Source: an uncultured bacterium (GTDB taxonomy: Bacteria; Desulfobacterota; Deferrimicrobia; Deferrimicrobiales; Deferrimicrobiaceae). From it: DNA of 64,000 bases. Under the pieces are notes generated by a model, which had not been told where the DNA came from, did not search any database, and saw only the letters and a program-made list of their open reading frames with translations. Location: NCBI GenBank assembly GCA_963829245.1, contig CAWHIM010000037.1, positions 211,862 through 275,861 on the forward strand, in the 5' to 3' direction. This document shows positions 47,182 to 55,711 of this stretch, in pieces; position 1 is the first letter of the stretch; each line of letters opens with the position of its first letter. The translations under genes were made by a program, and so were the position numbers.

Positions 47182-47892
47182 ATGGAAGGATTCAGCCTCG
47201 TAGACATCTATTCGACGAAGGGGATCGAATACCTGATCGCCACGGTATTCTTCTTCGGGTTCCTGGCCCTGCAGCGGTACATCCTGACGTCCGCTCCAGG
47301 GCGGGGAAAGAACCGGGATTGGCATGCCGGGCTTCCGTCCTGGTTCCGCGTTCCCGAGGGGTACGGCTTTCACCAGGGGCATACCTGGATGAAGGTGGAC
47401 CTTCTGAGCCCCGGCCGCCGGAGGTTGGTGAAGGTCGGGCTGGACGACTTCGCGCAGAAGCTCATCGGCAAGGTGGATGCCGTCGTGCTCCCCGCCGTCG
47501 GCTCCCGCCTGACGCAGGGGGACAAGGGGTGGAGCCTCATGGTCGATTCCGAGGCCATCCCGATGCTGTCGCCGGTGGATGGCGAGGTCGTGGCGGTGAA
47601 CCAGGCGGTTCTCCGGTCCCCCGGGATCCTGAGTCGGGATCCGTACGGGGAGGGCTGGCTGCTCAAGGTGAAATCCGACAGGATCGCGGCGGACAGCCGG
47701 AACCTGTTATCGGGGAAGGTGGCCCGGGCCTGGATGGAGACCTCGCTGGAAAACCTCCACCCGACCCGCCACGAAACCCTGGGGCCGGTGATGCAGGACG
47801 GCGGTCTGCCGCTGGAAGGGATCGCGCGGATCCTTGGCGGCGACCAATGGGCGGATCTGGCGAAGACGCATCTGCTGACGGACGTGGAGTAA
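47182..47892 (+). CDS. membrane-anchored GcvH-like protein (paralog 3)
   Basis: GGAGGT before ATG 47182. TM helix IEYLIATVFFFGFLAL. H-fold block GHTWMKV...VKVGLDDFAQKLIGKVDAVVLPAVG...LSPVDGEVVAVNQAV...DPYGEGWLLKV. The lysine position reads DS. Confidence 0.7.
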   Translation: MEGFSLVDIYSTKGIEYLIATVFFFGFLALQRYILTSAPGRGKNRDWHAGLPSWFRVPEGYGFHQGHTWMKVDLLSPGRRRLVKVGLDDFAQKLIGKVDAVVLPAVGSRLTQGDKGWSLMVDSEAIPMLSPVDGEVVAVNQAVLRSPGILSRDPYGEGWLLKVKSDRIAADSRNLLSGKVARAWMETSLENLHPTRHETLGPVMQDGGLPLEGIARILGGDQWADLAKTHLLTDVE

Positions 47893-48054
47893 CGCGGACC
47901 GGGGGGCGCTGCCGTAGTTTGTGCGGAGGGTGCCCCCCCGAACTTCCTCCATCGGCACGAAGGGAATCCCGCCGGTAGCCGAACGTACCGCAAATCCCGT
48001 GCAATCAGCCGCCTTGAAATGGAAATGACCTTGCCTCCGAATCGCGATCGGTGC

Positions 48055-49254
48055 TCATTTCCTCGAGGAAAGGTATTCCTGGAGCCGGTCCAGCGCCGTG
48101 TCGATATTTTCGATCGAGTTCGCGTAAGAGAAGCGGAGATACCCCTGCGCACCCTCGCCGAAGTCGATTCCGGGGGTGACGGCCACCCCCGTAGCCTCGA
48201 GGATCTCCATCGCGAGCCTCAGCGAATCCGGTTGGATGGAACGTGCGTCGGCCAGCACGTAGAATGCCCCCTGGGGGATTCTGCGAACGCCCAGGCCCAG
48301 CGCGCGAAGCCGTTCGACGATGTGACGGCGCCGCCGGTCGTAGGCGGCCCGCATGATTTCCACGTCCCGTCGCCCTTCCTTCAGGACGGCGATTCCGGCC
48401 CGCTGGACGAAATGATTCGCGCTGATCATGAAATTCTGGTGCAGGCTCTGCAGAACCCGCACGCTGGACCGGGGGACGATCAGATATCCCAGCCGCCATC
48501 CCGTCATGGCGAAGGTCTTGGAGAATCCCCCGAAGACAAAGGCGTCCGGATCGAACTCGAGGGCGCTGCGTTCCTCTCCCTCGTAGGTCAGGCCATGGTA
48601 CACCTCGTCGGAGATCAAGGGGATCGGCAGGGAAGCCAGCTCTTCGAGCCAGGCGGAGGGCAGAACCGAGCCGGCGGGGTTGGAAGGGGAGTTGACGAGA
48701 ACCCCGCGCGTCCGCGGCGTGATCCGACGGCGGACTTCCTCGGGGCGCGGCTGGAACCCGTCCTCCTCCCGGGTCCGGAGAAAGCAGGGGGTGCCTCCCG
48801 GGAAGCGGATGAAGTTGGGGTAGCAGGAGTAGCAAGGGTCGGAAAGGATGATCTCGTCGCCTTTGTCGAGCAGTGCCGAGAAGAGAAGGAACATGAGCGG
48901 GCTGGTGCCGGAGGAGACGATGATCCGCCCGGAGTCGACAGCGATGCCGTATCTCCGGGCATAATGCTCCGCGATCGCCTCACGCAGCTCCGGCAGACCG
49001 AGGGAATGGGTATAGGTGGTCTCCCCTTGCCGAATCGCTCGGATCGCGGCCTCGGAAGCCACCGCCGGCGTCGGGAAATCGGGCTCCCCTACGCACAGGT
49101 AAACGATGTCTCTCCCCCCGGCTTCCAGCTCCTTGGCCCGCTCGAGAACCTCCATCGCGAGGAATGGGGTAACCGCCTCGGCGCGGCGGGAGAAGCGCGG
49201 GTTCGTCTTGACGTTCTTCATTCGCCACAAGATAGCATAGTCCGGATTGGGCAC
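48055..49254 (-). CDS. class I/II pyridoxal-phosphate aminotransferase (aspartate/aromatic type)
   Basis: GEPDFPTP, SNPAGSV, and FSKTFAMTGWRLGY with the PLP lysine. The start may instead be the internal MKNVK at 49221. Confidence 0.9.
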   Translation of the reverse strand: MPNPDYAILWRMKNVKTNPRFSRRAEAVTPFLAMEVLERAKELEAGGRDIVYLCVGEPDFPTPAVASEAAIRAIRQGETTYTHSLGLPELREAIAEHYARRYGIAVDSGRIIVSSGTSPLMFLLFSALLDKGDEIILSDPCYSCYPNFIRFPGGTPCFLRTREEDGFQPRPEEVRRRITPRTRGVLVNSPSNPAGSVLPSAWLEELASLPIPLISDEVYHGLTYEGEERSALEFDPDAFVFGGFSKTFAMTGWRLGYLIVPRSSVRVLQSLHQNFMISANHFVQRAGIAVLKEGRRDVEIMRAAYDRRRRHIVERLRALGLGVRRIPQGAFYVLADARSIQPDSLRLAMEILEATGVAVTPGIDFGEGAQGYLRFSYANSIENIDTALDRLQEYLSSRK

Positions 49255-49368
49255 CCGCTGCGGATCGGATATTTCGCAGTAGACGCCGGCTTCCCGCCCG
49301 GGTCGCAGGAGGGGATTCCCGCACCTCGGGTTGGACCGATGACGGGGTGGGGCTCAGAGAGATTTTGT

Positions 49369-49417
49369 TTGACATCGGACCACCGAACATAATATTTTCT
49401 TGGCATTTCCTGAAATG
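49369..49417 (+). promoter_or_regulatory. candidate sigma70-like promoter plus palindromic operator upstream of the IclR gene
   Basis: TTGACA at 49369-49374, an AT-rich TAATAT/AATATT element 15-16 nt later, then the perfect palindrome CATTTC-CT-GAAATG at 49404-49417. A further GAAATG lies 14 nt downstream. Confidence 0.35.
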
Positions 49418-49445
49418 TCGTTTCACATAGCGAAATGAGACCCAA

Positions 49446-50240
49446 TTGAAGGCATCGACCATCGTGATCAAATCGGCTCAAGATGCCTTATCGGTACTCA
49501 AGGCCTTTACCCGTATGCCGGTCGAATCCTGCCTCCGCGATATCTCCGCTCATGTGGGTCTGCCAAAGCCGAAAACATACCGGATCCTTTCGACTCTCGT
49601 CGAATCGGGATTCGTCGAGCAAGATCGGGCATCCCGGAAATACCGCCTTCATTACGGGATCCTCGATCTCGCCGACGCACTGCTTTCGAATCAGGATGTC
49701 AGGACGGTCGCCCGTCCGGTCCTCGAGGTCCTTGCGAACGAGATCGGGGAAGGAATTACGTTGGCGGTTCCCGCCGGCGATGAAATCGTGTTCATCGACC
49801 GGATTCATGGGGGTTCCCACGTTCGCTTTTTCTGCGATGTCGGGAAGCGGCTTCCTCTTCACGTGGGTGCTGCGGCCAAGGCGGTACTGTCCAACTTGCC
49901 TCCCACTGGTTTCCGCGCCTATCTGGACTCGATCCCGGCGGGAAAATTAACCTCTTATACGATTACGACGCCCGAACGACTTTGCAGAGAGAGGACGGAA
50001 ATTCGCGAGAAAGGGTACTCCTTCAGCGACCAGGAGGTCGACGAGGGAATTTCCGCCGTCGGCGCAGCGATTCTCGATCGTTGCGGAAACCCCGTGGCCG
50101 GGGTTGCCATTGCTTCCCTTTCCATAAAGATGAACCCCGCCCGCGTGAGGGTATTGGGCGAAAAACTGGGGCAGGCAGTCCAGGAAATTTCCACGACGAT
50201 GGGGTATCGAAGGGAACTTCATGCGGCTCGATCGGGTTGA
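49446..50240 (+). CDS. IclR-family transcriptional regulator
   Basis: 264 aa. N-terminal wHTH (ALSVLKAF...RDISAHVGLPKPKTYRILSTL) and a C-terminal IclR effector domain (SFSDQEVDEGISAVGAAI). TTG start. Confidence 0.85.
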   Translation: MKASTIVIKSAQDALSVLKAFTRMPVESCLRDISAHVGLPKPKTYRILSTLVESGFVEQDRASRKYRLHYGILDLADALLSNQDVRTVARPVLEVLANEIGEGITLAVPAGDEIVFIDRIHGGSHVRFFCDVGKRLPLHVGAAAKAVLSNLPPTGFRAYLDSIPAGKLTSYTITTPERLCRERTEIREKGYSFSDQEVDEGISAVGAAILDRCGNPVAGVAIASLSIKMNPARVRVLGEKLGQAVQEISTTMGYRRELHAARSG

Positions 50241-51096
50241 GGAAAACATCTGTTACCTCTTCTCCCCGGAACAGTCCCCGGTAGCAAGGATCGGATCGGG
50301 AGAAACGATCACGGTGGAGACACGTGATGCCTCCAACGGGCAGATCCGGCCGGGAGGGGAGGGTCTTGTCGATCGTTCCAGGCTGTTGCCTGTGACCGGG
50401 CCGATCGCCGTAACCGGCGCGGAACCGGGCGACTCCATCGCAATCACAATTGAGTCCATCCGATTCGTGCCGGTAGGATACGCGTGGATCCGCGAGGGAA
50501 ATGGCCTACGGCCGGTTCGACTGGAGACGCCATACCATGTCCAGGCGATCCCGGTCGGCGAGCGCGTCATGCTGCCGGGCGGTCTGTCGATTCCTTTGCG
50601 GCCGATGCTTGGGATCGTAGGTGTATCTCCGGTGCAGCCGGTCTCGACCCGCGTCCCTGGCAGTCATGGGGGAAATCTGGATTGTCCTCAAGTTGGACCT
50701 GGGAACACGCTCTGGCTGCCGGTGTTCGTCCCGGGAGCCAACGTGTCGATCGGAGACGCCCATGCCGCCATGGGGGACGGGGAGACCAGTGGCACCGGGG
50801 TGGAAACCGAGGCATCCGCGGATTTGACGGTGACTCTCCACAAAGGACGTCTCCTTGATGGCCCCGTCGTCACGACACCTGCAAAGACCGTATTCCTCTC
50901 CTCCGGCCCTACGCTCGAGGGAGCGATCCGCAGGGCTCTCGATCGTGCGGTCGAGGCCATCGCCCTCCACCGGCATCTCTGCGAGAAAGACGCGTATATC
51001 GTTGCAAGCGTCTCGGGAAACGCCCGGATCTGCCAGGTCGTCAACGGGGACGTCACCGTTGGGTACGAGGTTCCGAGGGAGGTGTTGCCGTGGTGA
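50221..51096 (+). CDS. acetamidase/formamidase family protein
   Basis: FSPEQSPVARIGSGETITVETRDASNGQI, GPIAVTGAEPGD, HGGNLD, and SIGDAHAAMGDGE are typical of FmdA/AmdA. Confidence 0.8.
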   Translation: MRLDRVEENICYLFSPEQSPVARIGSGETITVETRDASNGQIRPGGEGLVDRSRLLPVTGPIAVTGAEPGDSIAITIESIRFVPVGYAWIREGNGLRPVRLETPYHVQAIPVGERVMLPGGLSIPLRPMLGIVGVSPVQPVSTRVPGSHGGNLDCPQVGPGNTLWLPVFVPGANVSIGDAHAAMGDGETSGTGVETEASADLTVTLHKGRLLDGPVVTTPAKTVFLSSGPTLEGAIRRALDRAVEAIALHRHLCEKDAYIVASVSGNARICQVVNGDVTVGYEVPREVLPW

Positions 51097-51911
51097 GAAT
51101 CGCCGCTTTGCAGATCGACATCGCCTTGGGAAACCCGGAACACAACAGGAGCGTCATCGTTGGGCTGGCCGCGTCTACCGATGCGGACCTCGTAGTGTTC
51201 CCCGAATGTGCCCTTTCCGGGTACGCCTTCGACGGCGCCGAAGAGGCAAGGGCGCATGCGGAGTCGATCCCCGGGCCTACGACCGAGGCGCTGCTTTCGG
51301 TGGCGGTTTCCAGGCGTCGTTGCATCGTCGTCGGGATGCTCGAACGTGAAGGGGACCGGATGTGGAATTCCGCTGTTCTTGTGACCCCCGACGGGAAGAT
51401 CGCGAAGTACCGGAAAACCCATCTTCCCTGTCTCGGGGTGGACCGGTTCGTCGTTCCCGGTGATCGTCTTTCGGTCTTCGACACCCCGGTCGGTCGACTG
51501 GGGATCCAGATTTGCTATGACCTGCGATTCCCCGAGAGCGCGCGCTGTCTCGCGCTGGAAGGTGCCGAGATCCTGGTCGTTCCGACGAACTGGCCCCGAG
51601 GCGCCGAGGCCATCCCGGAAATCCTGCTTCCGGCAAGGGCCGTGGAGAACGGCGTGTTCGTCGTGGCGACAAACCGGGTCGGCACCGAGAACGGGACCGA
51701 ATACATCGGGCAGTCGGCGATTATCGACCCACGGGGAAAAACACTGGCCAACATGGAAAAAGGCGAAGGGTCAGTCATCGCCGAGGTCAATCCCGCAAAG
51801 GCCCGTGAGAAACACATCGTCCGAAAGCCTGGAGAATACGAAATCGACCTCGTCGCCGACCGGCGACCCGATCTGTACGGGCCGCTCGTGCGGACGGATG
51901 GAAATGTCTGA
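51090..51911 (+). CDS. carbon-nitrogen hydrolase (nitrilase superfamily amidohydrolase)
   Basis: The catalytic triad context is present: VFPECALSGY (Glu), KYRKTHL (Lys) and LGIQICYDLRFPE (Cys). Confidence 0.85.
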   Translation: MVRIAALQIDIALGNPEHNRSVIVGLAASTDADLVVFPECALSGYAFDGAEEARAHAESIPGPTTEALLSVAVSRRRCIVVGMLEREGDRMWNSAVLVTPDGKIAKYRKTHLPCLGVDRFVVPGDRLSVFDTPVGRLGIQICYDLRFPESARCLALEGAEILVVPTNWPRGAEAIPEILLPARAVENGVFVVATNRVGTENGTEYIGQSAIIDPRGKTLANMEKGEGSVIAEVNPAKAREKHIVRKPGEYEIDLVADRRPDLYGPLVRTDGNV

Positions 51912-52788
51912 ACTGATCGTTCAGCAGATCGTCAACGGGATCGTCCTGGGGAGCATCTATACGCTCGTTGCGTTGGGACTGACGCTCATCTACGGGATCC
52001 TGGAGGTCGTCAACTTCGCCCACGGGGAGTTCTACATGTTCGGGGCCTTCGTGGCCTTCCTCGGTGTCAGCCGGCTGGGCATGCCCTATCTGCCCGCGAT
52101 TGCGGTGGCCGCCGCCGTGAGCGCGGTTTTCGGCTTCGTCGTCGAGCGTCTCCTGATCCGCCCCCTCATTCGCCGCGGGGCACCTCCCATCAACGGCGTC
52201 CTTATGACCGTCAGTTTATCGACGTTCCTGATCGGGTCCTTCGGGTATCTCTTCGGCGCCGACCTGCGGCAAATCCCCTCTCCTTACATGAAAAAGGTTA
52301 TCCATGTCGCGGGCGCGTTTCTTACGGTGCAGCGCCTCCTTGTCCTCGTCGTGGCGGTCTTCCTCATTGTCCTCCTCGCCGCCATCGTCAAGTACACCTT
52401 GCTCGGGAAGCAGATGCGCGCGACGGCCCAGAATATCGAGGCGGCCCGGGTCGTGGGTATTCCGATCGACCGCGTATTTTCGATCACGTTCATGATCGGC
52501 GCAGCGCTCGCGGGAATCGCGGGGTCTCTCGTGGGGGCCATGTTCGTAGTGGAGCCGACGATGGGCCTTCAAATCGTGGTGAAAGCCTTCATCGTGGTGA
52601 TCGTTGGCGGGATCGGCAGCATCGAAGGGTCGATCATTGCCGGATTCGGCTTGGCGCTGATCGAGACGCTGGCAGGTGCGCTGCTCCCGGCGGAGTTCAT
52701 CGACATCGTGGGTTTTTCGGTCATGATCGTCGTCCTGCTTACAAAACCGACCGGATTTTTCGGTGTCAAAGCGGTGCGCCGTGCATAA
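51904..52788 (+). CDS. LivH-type ABC permease
   Basis: MSELIVQQIVNGIVLGSIYTLVALGLTLIYGILEVVNFAHGEFYMFGAF is the canonical LivH N-terminus. The ATG overlaps the upstream stop. Confidence 0.9.
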   Translation: MSELIVQQIVNGIVLGSIYTLVALGLTLIYGILEVVNFAHGEFYMFGAFVAFLGVSRLGMPYLPAIAVAAAVSAVFGFVVERLLIRPLIRRGAPPINGVLMTVSLSTFLIGSFGYLFGADLRQIPSPYMKKVIHVAGAFLTVQRLLVLVVAVFLIVLLAAIVKYTLLGKQMRATAQNIEAARVVGIPIDRVFSITFMIGAALAGIAGSLVGAMFVVEPTMGLQIVVKAFIVVIVGGIGSIEGSIIAGFGLALIETLAGALLPAEFIDIVGFSVMIVVLLTKPTGFFGVKAVRRA

Positions 52789-53770
52789 GGCGGGGATCGT
52801 CGGGGTCGTTTCGGCCACTGTCCTTGCCGTGCTCCTTCCGCTGGGCCTGACGCAACCGTATCTTCAGCACCTCCTCGTGGCATCCGTGATCAACGGCATC
52901 CTGGCCGTCAGCCTCGGGATCGTGGTCGGGTTCCTCGGGGAGCTTTCCTTGGCGCACGGGGCGTTCTACGGGATCGGGGCCTATACCTCAGCCCTGCTGG
53001 CGAAGAACTTTGGGGTGCCCCTTTTCCTCGCCCTTCCCGCGGCCACCCTTGGGGCGGCCTTGACGGGGTTTCTCATCGGCATCCCCGCCCTGCGGTTGAG
53101 CGGCCACTATTTCGCGATCGCCACCCTGGGGTTCCAGGGGATTGTGATCCTTCTGATCACCAACCTCGTCGAGATCACACGGGGGCCCATGGGACTTTCC
53201 GGCATCCCGGCCCCTGGGGGGATCCACCTGTTCGGGGTCGGGATCTCGTTCCAGACCAAGACGGGATTCTACTACCTCTCCCTAGCCGTCCTGTTGGTCA
53301 CGCTGTGGTTCACGTACAATCTCATGCGTTCCAAGTTCGGCCAGGGGTTCATCGCGATTCGCGAGGACCCTCTGCTCGCAGCGTCCGTCGGTATCCGGAC
53401 GAGGAGGTATCGACTCCTGGCGTTCTGCGTCAGCGCCGGCATTGCGGGCGCCGCCGGCAGCCTCTACGCCCACTACACGTTGTTTATCAGCCCGGACTCT
53501 TTCAACCTCGGCGAGTCCGTCTACATCGCCACCATGGTGATCATCGGGGGCATGGGAACCATTTCGGGCCCGCTGGTGGGCGCCGTCCTTCTCACGATCC
53601 TACCCGAGATGCTGAGAGTGGCCGGCGGGTTACAGTTCGTCCTGTACGGTCTGATCGCCATGGTCGTGATCATCTTCATGCCCAAGGGGATCGTCGGCAT
53701 GGCCGCAACGTATCTGTGGGGGCAGCGGGACGCGCGGATCGCGGCGCCCGGAACAACGACCGGGGAGTGA
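52763..53770 (+). CDS. LivM-type ABC permease
   Basis: LSLAHGAFYGIGAYTSALL and LRLSGHYFAIATLGF motifs. The start is uncertain: GTG 52763 or GTG 52781. Confidence 0.85.
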   Translation: MSKRCAVHKAGIVGVVSATVLAVLLPLGLTQPYLQHLLVASVINGILAVSLGIVVGFLGELSLAHGAFYGIGAYTSALLAKNFGVPLFLALPAATLGAALTGFLIGIPALRLSGHYFAIATLGFQGIVILLITNLVEITRGPMGLSGIPAPGGIHLFGVGISFQTKTGFYYLSLAVLLVTLWFTYNLMRSKFGQGFIAIREDPLLAASVGIRTRRYRLLAFCVSAGIAGAAGSLYAHYTLFISPDSFNLGESVYIATMVIIGGMGTISGPLVGAVLLTILPEMLRVAGGLQFVLYGLIAMVVIIFMPKGIVGMAATYLWGQRDARIAAPGTTTGE

Positions 53771-53774
53771 GGAC

Positions 53775-54542
53775 ATGGATCTTCTGGCCGTCTCCAACGT
53801 GTCGAAATATTACGGCGGTCTCGCGGCGAACAGCGATGTGTCGTGCCGCATCCGGGAAGGGGAGATCGTCAGCTTTATCGGCCCGAACGGAGCCGGGAAG
53901 ACGACCCTCTTCAACCTGATCTCCGGTGTTGAGAAGGCCGATCACGGCACGATCGAGTATGCAGGCAGGGACATCGGCGGAATGGAGCCCCCGGAGATTG
54001 CCCGCATGGGACTTGTAAGGACGTTCCAGCAGACGAAAATCTTCCGCGACGTGAAGGTGAAGGAGGCGGTGATGATCGGTCGACACATCCACGACCGGAC
54101 ACGCTTCCTTGGCGCCCTGCTGGCGAGCCGAAGCGCGCGCGCGGAGCGCGGACGCAGCATCGAGGAGGTATCCGGGATCCTCGCCTTCCTGGGGTTGTCT
54201 TCTCGTGCGGAATCGGTTGCGGGCAATCTCGCCTACGGCGATCAGAAGTTGCTGGGGATCGCGATCTCCCTCGCGGTGGGGCCGAAGCTCCTGTTGCTCG
54301 ATGAGCCCGCCGCAGGCTTGAACATCCAGGAGTCGGTCCGGCTGATGGAGATTATCCGGAGGATCCGGGAAAGGGGGATCACCATCGGCCTGGTAGAGCA
54401 CAACATGAAACTCGTTATGAATATATCCGACCGCGTCCTGGTGTTGAACTACGGGGAACTCATCAGCGAGGGTACCCCGGGAGAGGTGCGAAAGGACCCG
54501 GGTGTCATCGAAGCCTACCTGGGTAAATCCGCAAATGCTTGA
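53775..54542 (+). CDS. LivG-type ABC ATP-binding protein
   Basis: Walker A GPNGAGKTT, LAYGDQKLLGIAISL, Walker B LLLDEPAAG, and the tail VIEAYLG. Confidence 0.9.
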   Translation: MDLLAVSNVSKYYGGLAANSDVSCRIREGEIVSFIGPNGAGKTTLFNLISGVEKADHGTIEYAGRDIGGMEPPEIARMGLVRTFQQTKIFRDVKVKEAVMIGRHIHDRTRFLGALLASRSARAERGRSIEEVSGILAFLGLSSRAESVAGNLAYGDQKLLGIAISLAVGPKLLLLDEPAAGLNIQESVRLMEIIRRIRERGITIGLVEHNMKLVMNISDRVLVLNYGELISEGTPGEVRKDPGVIEAYLGKSANA

Positions 54543-55239
54543 GCTCAGAGACGTCCACGTCAGCTACGGTTCCGTTCCGGCGCTGAGGGGAGTGTCCGTG
54601 CATGTCGGGAAAGGGGAGATCGTCGCCCTGATCGGTGCCAACGGCGCGGGGAAAACGACCACCCTCCGCTCCATCCAGGGACTGGTCCGGCCGAGTGCTG
54701 GAAGCATCTGGATGGACGGCGGGGAGATCACCCGCACGGTTCCGCACAGGATCGTCGCCGGCGGGATTTCCCATTGCCCTGAAGGACGCCAGGTGTTTCC
54801 CTCCATGACGGTCCTCGAGAACCTCGAGCTTGGCGCGGTCGCCCTTGCGGAACGGACCGGGTTCGAGGCGCAACTGCAAACCGTATTCGACCTTTTCCCG
54901 CGTCTCCACGAACGCAGGCGCCAGCTCGCCGGGAGTTTGTCCGGGGGGGAGCAGCAGATGCTTGCCATCGGCAGGGCGGTGATGGCCCAACCGCGGGTAC
55001 TGCTTCTTGACGAGCCCTCCATGGGGCTGGCCCCGATCGTGGTCGAGAACATTTTCGACATGATCAGGATGATCAACAGCCGGGGGGTTTCCATTCTTCT
55101 GGTGGAGCAGAACGCTGTCCTTGCATTAGAGATTGCCTCGCGAGGGTACGTCCTTGAAACCGGGCGGGTCGCCCTCGAGGGGCCCGCGGGGGAGCTTACC
55201 CGGAACAAGCACGTCCAGGAGGCGTACCTGGGTGTTTAG
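54535..55239 (+). CDS. LivF-type ABC ATP-binding protein
   Basis: MLELRDVHVSYGSVPALRG, Walker A GANGAGKTT, LSGGEQQMLAIGRAV, and the tail HVQEAYLGV. Confidence 0.9.
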   Translation: MLELRDVHVSYGSVPALRGVSVHVGKGEIVALIGANGAGKTTTLRSIQGLVRPSAGSIWMDGGEITRTVPHRIVAGGISHCPEGRQVFPSMTVLENLELGAVALAERTGFEAQLQTVFDLFPRLHERRRQLAGSLSGGEQQMLAIGRAVMAQPRVLLLDEPSMGLAPIVVENIFDMIRMINSRGVSILLVEQNAVLALEIASRGYVLETGRVALEGPAGELTRNKHVQEAYLGV

Positions 55240-55711
55240 GCGGAATGCAGGCATCGCGGTACTCGCCGCACTCCTGGCCGGTTTTTCCGGAATCGCACGC
55301 GGGGACGACGCTCCCACGCGGTGCGGGGAATGTGCAAGGGCCTGCGACCTGGTTCGTGGGTTCGGGCAGGGGGAAGGGGGGCGAGCCGACATCGGTTTTC
55401 TCGTTGATCTGAACATGCGCGGGTGGAAGCCCCAGTCGACCCGGGGGATCGAGATTCTCGGGTGGAGCGCGGTTCCGCAGAAGGAATCGCAGTGCCTGGT
55501 CTATTACACGTACAGGGAGCGGGAGGAGATCTCCCTGGTTTGGCGGGTGGATATCCGCAGCGGGGACCTCACCCCGCTGACATCGTTGACCGAACGCATT
55601 CAAAAAATGGCGGAGTATTACCGGGAAACGACAACAAGAAGCAAGGAATCGTCGGAAGACGATCGGAGTGAACCAAACAGATGGAGGAGGGTATCGCCAT
55701 GCGGAAAGTAG
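55232..55711 (+). CDS. hypothetical secreted protein embedded in the ABC operon
   Basis: GTG 55232 overlaps the LivF stop. Signal-like VFRRNAGIAVLAALLAGFSGIARG, then a CxxCxxxC motif (CGECARAC). No family recognised. Confidence 0.4.
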   Translation: MFRRNAGIAVLAALLAGFSGIARGDDAPTRCGECARACDLVRGFGQGEGGRADIGFLVDLNMRGWKPQSTRGIEILGWSAVPQKESQCLVYYTYREREEISLVWRVDIRSGDLTPLTSLTERIQKMAEYYRETTTRSKESSEDDRSEPNRWRRVSPCGK

